A stretch of DNA of 64,000 nt from Myxococcota bacterium (GTDB lineage: Bacteria > Myxococcota_A > Polyangia > Nannocystales > Nannocystaceae): NCBI GenBank assembly GCA_039028615.1, contig JBCCHT010000046.1, forward strand, positions 1 through 64,000, given 5' to 3'. Made by a program: the position numbers and the translations under genes. Within the stretch, counting starts at the first letter, position 1, and each line of letters starts with the position of its first letter. The notes beneath the pieces were generated by a model. That model did no database searches and was not told the origin of the DNA. It saw only the letters and a list, made by a program, of their open reading frames with translations. Of this stretch, positions 21,534 through 29,507 are shown in pieces.

Positions 21534-21929
21534 TCAGTCCTCGTGCCGGGGCCGCGGGCGGATCGGCGTTTCGGTCTCTCGAATTTCCCTCAAGAAGGTG
21601 AGCAGGTCGCCGCAAGCGTCGAGCCGGGTGGAGGGCTCTTCGTCGAGCTGAGCCTCGAATAGCCGCAGCTGGGCGGTGATGCGGGCGAGGTCGTCGATGG
21701 CCAGCTCGACGAAGGTCGCCCGGGCCAGCTCGACGGCCAGGTCTCGGGCGAGGTCCCGCACGTGGTCGAGGGCGTAGCCCAGCCGGTCGTCGATCCGCTG
21801 GCGGGCGTCGTCGTCGAGCAGGTGCTCGAAGGTCGCGACCATCCGCTGCTTGCTCTGCAACGACGCGATGGTGCGGTCACGCTCTCGGAGCGCGTCGTAG
21901 CGGCCTTCCAGCTCTTCGAGAGGTTGCAT
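21534..21929 (-). CDS. Hypothetical helical protein
   Basis: 131-aa Leu/Asp/Glu/Arg-rich ORF, co-oriented downstream of the SDR. Confidence 0.55.
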   Translation of the reverse strand: MQPLEELEGRYDALRERDRTIASLQSKQRMVATFEHLLDDDARQRIDDRLGYALDHVRDLARDLAVELARATFVELAIDDLARITAQLRLFEAQLDEEPSTRLDACGDLLTFLREIRETETPIRPRPRHED

Positions 21930-21965
21930 GGGTTGGCCACGATACCAGCCCCGCGCAGCCGTGGC

Positions 21966-22838
21966 TCAGTCGTCCTTGGGCGGAGTGAGGCCGAGCTGCT
22001 TGGCGATTGCCTGGTCGATCCATCGCTCGGGCAGCATGAGGGGGAGCCGCCAGCCCATCCAGGGCTCGTCGGGGATCGGATAGCGCGTTTTTGGTCTACG
22101 GACGGTCAGGGCTCGAACGATGGTCCCGCTGACCCGCGAGGTCTCGAGGCCATTGCGGCCCTTTTGGAGCGCGAACTCCTGGAAGCGGGCCGCGATCTCG
22201 GCGTAGTGGGTGTCGGCGTAGCGGGATGTGTCTTCGGCCTCGGCCTTGTCCCAGATCGGAGTCTTGATCGCCCCGGGCTGGATGACGACGACGTCGACGC
22301 CGTAGATCATCAGCTCGCGGCGCAGGCTGTCCGACAGGGCCTCGACCGCGTGCTTGGAGGCCGAGTAGGCGCCGACGAAGGGGGCCGAGATCCGCCCGGC
22401 GACGGAGCTGATGTTGACGATGCGGCCCGGCGGGCCCGGGCAGGGCCGCCGGGCACCCAGCAGCGGGAGGAAGGCCCGGGTCACCGCCATCAGCCCGAAC
22501 ACGTTGATGTCGAACTGCCGGCGGAGCTCGTCGTCGGGCATGTGCATCAGGGCGCCCCCGATCGCGACCCCGGCGTTGTTGACCAGGCCGACGAGCGTGT
22601 CGTCGCCGACGTACTCCTGCACGACGGGCACCGCGGCCGCGATGGCCTCGGCATCGGTCACGTCGAAGTGCAAGGGGGTGACCGCGTCGCCGAGCTGCTC
22701 TCGCAGCGACTCGCCATCGGCCTGCTTGCGCACGCTGCCGAAGACGTGAAAGCCATGCTCCACCAAGGCCTCGGCGGTTGCCCGGCCGATGCCGGTCGAT
22801 GCCCCCGTCACTACCACTGCTCTGCGTCGTTCGCTCAT
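21966..22838 (-). CDS. Short-chain dehydrogenase/reductase
   Basis: Motifs TGASTGIG, LVNNAG, NISS, YSASK and IQPG.I.T. Confidence 0.93.
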   Translation of the reverse strand: MSERRRAVVVTGASTGIGRATAEALVEHGFHVFGSVRKQADGESLREQLGDAVTPLHFDVTDAEAIAAAVPVVQEYVGDDTLVGLVNNAGVAIGGALMHMPDDELRRQFDINVFGLMAVTRAFLPLLGARRPCPGPPGRIVNISSVAGRISAPFVGAYSASKHAVEALSDSLRRELMIYGVDVVVIQPGAIKTPIWDKAEAEDTSRYADTHYAEIAARFQEFALQKGRNGLETSRVSGTIVRALTVRRPKTRYPIPDEPWMGWRLPLMLPERWIDQAIAKQLGLTPPKDD

Positions 22839-22887
22839 CGATCTCCCGTGCGCGAGGGGGACGTCCCCGCGGGCGCCGAGGTTACCG

Positions 22888-24324
22888 CTATCGCAGCGCG
22901 ACGCGGGCCATCTCGGGCTCGCAGGTCATACGCCCCTGCTTGGCCACGATGCGCCACGGTGGCAGGGGAGGGCGAGGCGGAGGCGCCTGGCCGCAGCCCG
23001 GATCGTCGTCGTCCGCCAGGCCGTCGTAGTCGTTGTCGATGCCGTCGGAGCAGGCGTGTCCCGAGTCCCGCGATTCCGGGTCGGGGTTGGTGGTGAGCCA
23101 GCGATCGTCGATGTCGGCCCACAGCGTGTCGAAGAAGTCGCCGTACTGCGCCGCCAGGGCGTCGTCGTGCACGATCACCACGTTCTCGTCGTTGGTGTCG
23201 TTGCCCGCGGTGGTCCAGTTCATCGACCCGGTGATCACGGTATGCCCGTCGATCATCGCCGACTTCATGTGCATCTTGCCGCCCCAGCCCTCGACCTTGA
23301 CCGGGATCCCGGCCGCGCGCAGCAGCTCGTGCTTGGTGAAGCCGTTGGTGGCCGCAGTGGCGTCGAGGATGACCCGGACCTCGACCCCGCGCAGGTGGGC
23401 GGCGATGAGCTCGGCCGTGATGTGCTTGTGGGTGAGGTAGAAGACCGCGATGTCGATGCGTCGCTCGGCCTGCTTGATGAGCGGCTGGATCTTGCGCCGA
23501 ATGGGCGAGTCCTGCGGCGAGAACATCAGCTCGACCTCTGAGTCGCCCACGCCCAGGTGCAGAAGCCCGGCCGAGCTCTTCATCTCGTGGTAGCGGCCGT
23601 TTTCGTACATCTGGTCGAGCTCTTCGAGGTACGCGTTGGCCACCCTGCGCGAGTCGATCACGGTGACGAGGTTGGCGTTGTAGCCCCCCGTGCCCGTGTC
23701 GCTGACGTTGGTCGAGCCGGTCCACACGTAGCGGCTGTCCACCACGAAGAACTTGTTGTGCATGATGGCCGAGCCCTCGTCGAGGGGCTCGCGGCTGCTG
23801 TGCACGGCGAGCAGGCAGCGCTCGCCGAGGTCGTAGGCGAGGCACTGCACCGGGCCTTCGAAGCCGTCGGGTCGATCGCAGCGGGGCTCGGGCAGCGTGG
23901 TGCGCTGGGCTTCCTTGGTGCGGCGCTCGTCGACCTTGCCGTCGTCGCGCACGTGCACCACCTGCTCCACCATCGCGTCGGTGTCCGTGTAGTAGTTGGC
24001 GCCCTCGGCATCGCGGTCCACGACGCCGCGCACCAGCACGCCGCGCGCCTGGGCTTGCTTCAGCGCCTCCATCACCCGCGGCATGCCTCGGACGCCGTAG
24101 AGCGCGAAGTCGATGGTCTTGTCCGCGTCGTCGATGAGGCCGACCAGCGCGGTGCAGACCTCGGCCGTGCACTCCGAGTTGGGCCCGGTCCCGGTGGGCG
24201 GGTTGAGCAGCAGCCTCACCGAGCCGTGGGCGTCGCGGGGCAGCGGAGCGTCGGACGGCTCGCCATCACGGGACGGTCCACAAGCCACCAGGCCTGCCAA
24301 CGCGATCCCGAGCCAAGCCCGCAT
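22888..24324 (-). CDS. Phospholipase D/nuclease-superfamily lipoprotein with two HKD motifs
   Basis: Lipobox LVAC, MHNKFFVVD...TGSTN and MHMKSAMID...TGSMN, and a C-terminal CSDGIDND.DG..D.DDPGC putative metal-binding repeat. Confidence 0.9.
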   Translation of the reverse strand: MRAWLGIALAGLVACGPSRDGEPSDAPLPRDAHGSVRLLLNPPTGTGPNSECTAEVCTALVGLIDDADKTIDFALYGVRGMPRVMEALKQAQARGVLVRGVVDRDAEGANYYTDTDAMVEQVVHVRDDGKVDERRTKEAQRTTLPEPRCDRPDGFEGPVQCLAYDLGERCLLAVHSSREPLDEGSAIMHNKFFVVDSRYVWTGSTNVSDTGTGGYNANLVTVIDSRRVANAYLEELDQMYENGRYHEMKSSAGLLHLGVGDSEVELMFSPQDSPIRRKIQPLIKQAERRIDIAVFYLTHKHITAELIAAHLRGVEVRVILDATAATNGFTKHELLRAAGIPVKVEGWGGKMHMKSAMIDGHTVITGSMNWTTAGNDTNDENVVIVHDDALAAQYGDFFDTLWADIDDRWLTTNPDPESRDSGHACSDGIDNDYDGLADDDDPGCGQAPPPRPPLPPWRIVAKQGRMTCEPEMARVALR

Positions 24325-24379
24325 GGGTCCATGGTACCGGATCGCGTCCCCGAAACCGGGCGTTCGTCACCGCGTTGGC

Positions 24380-25516
24380 TCAGAAATCTTCGTCGGCCAG
24401 CGTCGGGCGAGCCCGTAGCTCGGCGATCGCCTCGGCCTCGGTCCGCGCCCCTCCATTCCGCAGCCAGTCCACCGCAACGCGCCCGAGGACGGTGTAGGGG
24501 CGATACGCATCCGCAAAGCTGGTGTCGGGGTGGGCGTCCATGTACCGAACCGAGTCCTCGATCTCTTGCACTACCCGCAGCAGCCCCTCGGCGTAGGCGA
24601 CCTTGGCGCGAGGATCGGTCTCCCCGCAGTACTTCTCCGCGTCGAATTTCTTGAAGACCCGGACGTTGCCGAACTGAAACAAGCGCTTCGGGTTGTCGTC
24701 GACGATGATCGAGCGGGTCAGGTTGGGGTCGACGATGCGCAGGTCCTTGGAGGGCTCGACCACGGGATCGCCCGCGTGCTTGGGCTGGAGCACCAGGTGG
24801 CTGTTGGTCAAAAAGCCTGCGACCAGCGGGTGCTCGTCGATGGGGGTGCCGTCGAGCAGCCACTTGCGGGCGTTGGTCAGGCAGGTCTCGTCGACGTTGG
24901 CGGAAAACAGCACCACCGCGCCGCCCAGCGCGTCGATCTTGCGGATGGCCTGCTCCCAGCCGGGGTTGAGCGCGACGGGGCGGGTCTTGCCGTCGGGGTA
25001 CTCGGCCACGAAGTCGTGGCAGGTCTCGGCCACCCTCGGGTCGCGGAAGTACTGGTCGTAGAGCGTCTCGTCGAGATCGAAGACCACGATGAAGCGGGCC
25101 TCGGCCAGGCGCTCGAGCTTGCGCTGGTCTTCGAAGGTCCCCGCCTTGGCTCGCTTCAGCGCCTCTTCGTAGGCCTGCTCGGCATCGCGGGCGGGCTCGG
25201 CTCGCATCAGGTCGCGATAGTGGTTCTGCAGCTCGACCGCCAGGGCGCGGCTCAGCCCGTGCGTGTCCATCAGCTTGGCGATGTCGAAGAAGCGCTCGTC
25301 CAGCTCCGGCTTGGCGTACTTGTTGGCCCAGTCCGGTCGCGGGGGCAGGGTCATGGCCGCGAGCTCCGAGGGGCGCGGGGGCGCGGGACGGACCACCTCC
25401 GGGTTCGTCGGGCTCGCCTGGTCGGGCGTGGTCACCCCGGGGTCCCGCGTCGCCTTGGAGCAGCCGAGGGCGAGCAGCGAGAGCACCAGACACGAGAGGC
25501 GAGGCGAGCGGGGCAC
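24380..25516 (-). CDS. HAD-superfamily (NIF/FCP1-like) phosphatase lipoprotein
   Basis: Lipobox LALGC, motif I VFDLDETL, LFSA, KDL.I, and IIVDDNP. GTG start at about 25516. Confidence 0.75.
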   Translation of the reverse strand: MPRSPRLSCLVLSLLALGCSKATRDPGVTTPDQASPTNPEVVRPAPPRPSELAAMTLPPRPDWANKYAKPELDERFFDIAKLMDTHGLSRALAVELQNHYRDLMRAEPARDAEQAYEEALKRAKAGTFEDQRKLERLAEARFIVVFDLDETLYDQYFRDPRVAETCHDFVAEYPDGKTRPVALNPGWEQAIRKIDALGGAVVLFSANVDETCLTNARKWLLDGTPIDEHPLVAGFLTNSHLVLQPKHAGDPVVEPSKDLRIVDPNLTRSIIVDDNPKRLFQFGNVRVFKKFDAEKYCGETDPRAKVAYAEGLLRVVQEIEDSVRYMDAHPDTSFADAYRPYTVLGRVAVDWLRNGGARTEAEAIAELRARPTLADEDF

Positions 25517-25607
25517 GGGCGATACCCTGCCACGAGATCGCGGTGGGGCTCCATGGCGGTCGGCGGTGGGACGGATCGTCTTGTCTCCCGTGGCCGTGCG
25601 CGACACG

Positions 25608-26774
25608 ATGCCGCCCATGCACGGTCGCTGGCTGCTTTGGGGGTCGCTCGTCCTGATGGCCTGCCCCGGGCCCACCGAGCCGACCCTGGTGCCTTTGGAC
25701 CTACCGCCGCAGGTGCGGACCCCGGACGAATCGGACGAGCCCGAGCCCGACGCGCCTGCCGTCGCCCCGATGGAGCTGCGGCAGGTGGCGCCGGGGATCT
25801 TCGCCGTGCTCCAGCCCGCCCCGCGGCGCTTCGCCGATTCGAACGCCGCCATCATTGCGACGGACGAGGGCACGGTGATCATCGATGGTCCGCAGAGCCT
25901 GTGGACGGCGGACTGGCTGTGGGAACAGGTGCAGGCCCAGACCACGACCTCGCGGCGGCTGCTGGTGACCACGCATTGGCACCTCGACCACAGCCTGAGT
26001 AGCGCGCGATGGCGGCAGCAGGCGGGGGACGATCAGACGATCGAGCACTGGGGCCATGCGAAGCTCGCGGGGCTGTTGCAGACGCGGGGGCAGGCGCAGC
26101 TCGTCGAGCATCGGGCGGCGGTCCGGGCCATGATCGCGCGCGGCGAGGAGATCGCGGCGTCGGGAAAGCAAGGCGACGGCACCGAGCTGACCGAGCCGCA
26201 GCGCGAACAGCTTTCGCGTGAGCTGCAGCGGGTGACCGAGCAAGCCGACGCGCTGGATGCCCTCGAGCTGGTGATGCCGACGCACCCGGTGGAGGAGAAG
26301 ACCTCGCTGTCGCTGGCCGGGCTTACGGTGGAGCTGCGGCCCGTGGTGGCCCATACCGACGCGGATCTGGTGGTGTACGTCCCAGAAGCCAAGGTGCTGT
26401 TTTCGGGCGACGTGCTCGACGAGATTCCGTTTGGCGGTCACGGCCGGCCGCGACGGTGGCTCGAGGTCCTGCGCGGCTTGCAGGACCTGGACGTCGAGGT
26501 GATCGTGCCCGGGCATGGCGGAGTGATGGAGCCGGCCGGCCTCGATCGGGCCATCGCCTTGTGGGCCGCGATCGTCGAGCAGGCCGAGCAGGCGTCGACG
26601 CGCGGGGAATCGGCGAAGGAGCGCTTCGAGGCATGGGCCGACAGTGCCGAATACGCCGAGCTGCGCGACGCGATGGTCAGCGACGGGGTGAGCATGCGGG
26701 CCTTCGATGCCTTCGTGCCCGAGTCGTTGGCGCGCGCGGTTGCGGAACACGAGGGCGAGCTGGACGAGCCGTAG
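25608..26774 (+). CDS. Metallo-beta-lactamase-fold hydrolase lipoprotein
   Basis: Lipobox VLMAC, THWHLDH, AHT, SGD and VPGHG, with a helical insert. Start is 25608 or 25617. Confidence 0.85.
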   Translation: MPPMHGRWLLWGSLVLMACPGPTEPTLVPLDLPPQVRTPDESDEPEPDAPAVAPMELRQVAPGIFAVLQPAPRRFADSNAAIIATDEGTVIIDGPQSLWTADWLWEQVQAQTTTSRRLLVTTHWHLDHSLSSARWRQQAGDDQTIEHWGHAKLAGLLQTRGQAQLVEHRAAVRAMIARGEEIAASGKQGDGTELTEPQREQLSRELQRVTEQADALDALELVMPTHPVEEKTSLSLAGLTVELRPVVAHTDADLVVYVPEAKVLFSGDVLDEIPFGGHGRPRRWLEVLRGLQDLDVEVIVPGHGGVMEPAGLDRAIALWAAIVEQAEQASTRGESAKERFEAWADSAEYAELRDAMVSDGVSMRAFDAFVPESLARAVAEHEGELDEP

Positions 26775-26783
26775 CCGTGGCCG

Positions 26784-27635
26784 TTGGGGCCCAGCTTGAT
26801 ATCCTCGCGGGCGGTGGCGCAGACGCGATTCGGATACGGCGGTGAGACCCTCGCGGTCCTGGTGGCGGGCCGAGCCCTGTCCCACGAGGCGACCCACTAC
26901 ACGGTGGGCATGGTCGAGCTGATGATCGAGCTGGCCGAGCGCAACGGCCACGCCGTCGTGGTGCCCGACGAGGATCTGGATCAGCGCCGAAAGGAAGAAG
27001 GGCCCGACGCACCGCTGAGCGGTCGGGTCGCCATCGGGGTGAAGCTCGCGGTCGCGACCTCGGACTCGGGTCGCCCCTTGGCTGCGCCGTCCATCGAGGA
27101 CATGCGGGCCGCGGTCGCTCGTGCGGACGAGGTGTTGGATCCGTTCTTTTGGCGTCGCCTGGGGCAGATCATCAAGCCCGCCGCGATTGGCTTCACGGGG
27201 GCGCAGATGCGGGCGGCGGCCGCGGAAAACGGCCTGCCCGATCTGTACGACGGCATGGCCCTCGACCCGAAGGAACTCGCCGAGCAGGACAACGGCCTGC
27301 TGCTCGCGGTCTGTGGCCCGCTGCCGTGCGGCACGCTGTGGTACGGCCGGCAGCACACGCCGAAGCACCCGTACATGGACCCCGACGGCGAAGAGGAATG
27401 GGACCAGCTCTTCGAAGCGAACCCGGGCCCGGATCATGTCTGCTTCGGGGCGGGCCAAGGCCCGGGCCAAGACCCGCACACCGTGTGGGTCGAAGGCGTT
27501 CGAGTGGCGTATGCGGCCTACGACTCGCTCGGGGTGGTGCCCGTCGACGTCGACCCGTCGTCGCACGCGGCTCGGGAGGCGGCGATCGAAGGCATCTCCG
27601 GGGCGGGCTACCAGCTGATCTCGCGCTACGACTGA
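26784..27635 (+). CDS. Hypothetical protein
   Basis: Fills the gap between co-oriented genes and has coding-like composition. Start uncertain. Confidence 0.55.
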   Translation: MGPSLISSRAVAQTRFGYGGETLAVLVAGRALSHEATHYTVGMVELMIELAERNGHAVVVPDEDLDQRRKEEGPDAPLSGRVAIGVKLAVATSDSGRPLAAPSIEDMRAAVARADEVLDPFFWRRLGQIIKPAAIGFTGAQMRAAAAENGLPDLYDGMALDPKELAEQDNGLLLAVCGPLPCGTLWYGRQHTPKHPYMDPDGEEEWDQLFEANPGPDHVCFGAGQGPGQDPHTVWVEGVRVAYAAYDSLGVVPVDVDPSSHAAREAAIEGISGAGYQLISRYD

Positions 27636-27717
27636 GGGACCGCGGGCGTCGGTGCTCGACGGCCCCGGGCGAGCGCGCCCGAGCTTCGCGCGCGCCAATC
27701 CGTGCTACTGCTCGCCC

Positions 27718-29286
27718 ATGACTTGGCCTCGGACTACCGTCCTCCTCGCTCTGTCGTCGCTCGCGGCCTGCGGTGACGATGGGGCGGCCCCAAGCTCCGC
27801 CGCGGACTCGGGCACGACGACCACCGAGTCGGCGTCGACCGGCGCCCCCACGCCCGTCGCCGACGAGACCGGCACGAGCACGGGTGAGCCTTCGGAGCCG
27901 GGTGCGTGCGCCGAGCCCATCGCCGCCCACGAGCCCGAGACCGCGCGCCTGCAGATCGGCGAACGGGGCCAGTTCGTCGACGCGCTGGGCCGCTCGGTGG
28001 TCATGCGGGGCATCAACACGGGCGGGCGCTCGAAGTACGCCCCGTTCATCCCCTTCGAGGTCACCGATGCGACCGACCTCGACGAGGTCCGCACGGCGGC
28101 CGACGAGTACTTCGCCCGGGTGATCCCCTGGGGGCTCGACACCGTGCGCATGCCCTTTTCCTGGGAGGCGCTCGAGCCGACCCCGGGCACCTACGACCTC
28201 GACTACCTGGCTCGCTACGAGGTGTTGCTCGATGCAGCCTGGGCTCATCGCCTGCGGGTCATCGTGGACTTCCACCAGGATGTCTACGCCTCTCCGTTCT
28301 GCGGCGATGGCTTCCCGCCGTGGTCGGTGCCGACCCCCGACCCCCCCGAGCCGAGCCACGATTGTCGGGACTGGTTTGTGGGGTACTTCTCGGGCGCCGA
28401 TGTGCGCGAGTCCTTCGATCGCTTCTGGACCGACGCCGATGGCCTGCAGGGTCCGTTCTTGGCGATGTGGACCACGATGGCCGAGGCGGTGGGCGACCAC
28501 CCGGCGGTGGTCGGCTTCGAGCCGATGAACGAGCCGGGCTGGGGCACGATGGACGACATCGAAGCGTTCAAGGCCGACGTGCTCGAGCCCTGGTACGCCA
28601 CGGTAGCCGCCGAGCTTCAAGCCATCGCCCCCGATGTGCTGGTGTTCTACGACGGGCCCGCGGCCGAGTCGTCGGGGACGGCGGGGACGCACCTGCATCC
28701 CGCGGGCTCCGGCCTGGTCTACGCCCCGCACTTGTACGACGGCACGCTGCTGCTGGGCGACGGCTGGACCGGCATCGATCCCTCGCCGCGCGTGGCTGCG
28801 ATGGGGAGCTTCGGCGCCGAGGCGGGCGTGCCCGTGTTGCTCGGCGAGTTCGGGTATCCCCACGCGACCAAGGGCGGCGCCCCGTGGCTGACCCTGGTCA
28901 TGGACACCGTGGACTCGTCGCGAATGTCCGCCACGCTGTGGGAGTACTCGACCACCACCGAGCTATGGAACGCGGAAGACCTCTCGGTGACCGAGCCGGA
29001 CGGCACCGACCGGCCGATTCTCGATACCTATGTGCGGCCCTGGGTGCGCGCGCTGGCGGGCAGCGCTCTGGACATGTCGTGGGACGCACAGACGGGCGCC
29101 TTCGACGTCCGCTGGACCGCGGGCGAGGGTTTCACCGAGGTGATGCTGCCCGCACGACGTTTTGGCGCCGAGCCGACGCAGATCGAACTCGAAGGCGAAG
29201 GCGCCTGCCATACCTGGGACGAAGCCCGGGGGCAGCTGCGGGTGACCGCGGCGGCGGGGACGTCCGTGGCGCTGCACGTCCGCTGA
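27718..29286 (+). CDS. GH5 glycoside hydrolase lipoprotein, endoglycoceramidase-like
   Basis: Lipobox LAAC, GR.V.MRGIN, SWEALEP.PG.YD..YL, VDFHQD, GDGFP.W, acid/base NEP, YAPHLY, nucleophile GEFG, and a C-terminal beta-sandwich. Confidence 0.87.
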   Translation: MTWPRTTVLLALSSLAACGDDGAAPSSAADSGTTTTESASTGAPTPVADETGTSTGEPSEPGACAEPIAAHEPETARLQIGERGQFVDALGRSVVMRGINTGGRSKYAPFIPFEVTDATDLDEVRTAADEYFARVIPWGLDTVRMPFSWEALEPTPGTYDLDYLARYEVLLDAAWAHRLRVIVDFHQDVYASPFCGDGFPPWSVPTPDPPEPSHDCRDWFVGYFSGADVRESFDRFWTDADGLQGPFLAMWTTMAEAVGDHPAVVGFEPMNEPGWGTMDDIEAFKADVLEPWYATVAAELQAIAPDVLVFYDGPAAESSGTAGTHLHPAGSGLVYAPHLYDGTLLLGDGWTGIDPSPRVAAMGSFGAEAGVPVLLGEFGYPHATKGGAPWLTLVMDTVDSSRMSATLWEYSTTTELWNAEDLSVTEPDGTDRPILDTYVRPWVRALAGSALDMSWDAQTGAFDVRWTAGEGFTEVMLPARRFGAEPTQIELEGEGACHTWDEARGQLRVTAAAGTSVALHVR

Positions 29287-29295
29287 CCGGCGCTA

Positions 29296-29457
29296 AAGCT
29301 CATCTCGAGAACCCTCGCGAGGCGATGACGCGGCCCCCGTCGACGAGGGCCGCGTTGCCAATTCTTGAAGTACGCCCAGTACGCCTGCGAATTGGCGCCT
29401 TGCCCTCGCCGACGCTGACCACGTTGTTCACCCCACGAGGGTTCTCGAGATGAGCTT
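29296..29457. mobile_element. MITE (162 bp) with 22-bp perfect TIRs and TA duplication
   Basis: 29292-29317 (gctaaagctcatctcgagaaccctcg) is the exact reverse complement of 29436-29461. TA lies at 29294-95 and 29458-59, and removing the element restores a CTAG. The interior is also largely self-complementary. No credible ORF inside. Confidence 0.82.
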
Positions 29458-29471
29458 TAGCCCCGGGGTGC

Positions 29472-29501
29472 TTGCTCGCCCCGAGGCCGACCGCGTAGGG
29501 T
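29472..29501 (+). promoter_or_regulatory. Putative sigma70-type promoter (leaderless) for the STAND-TPR gene
   Basis: TTGCTC-N18-TAGGGT, 6 nt before the GTG at 29508. Confidence 0.5.
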
Positions 29502-29507
29502 CGCATC

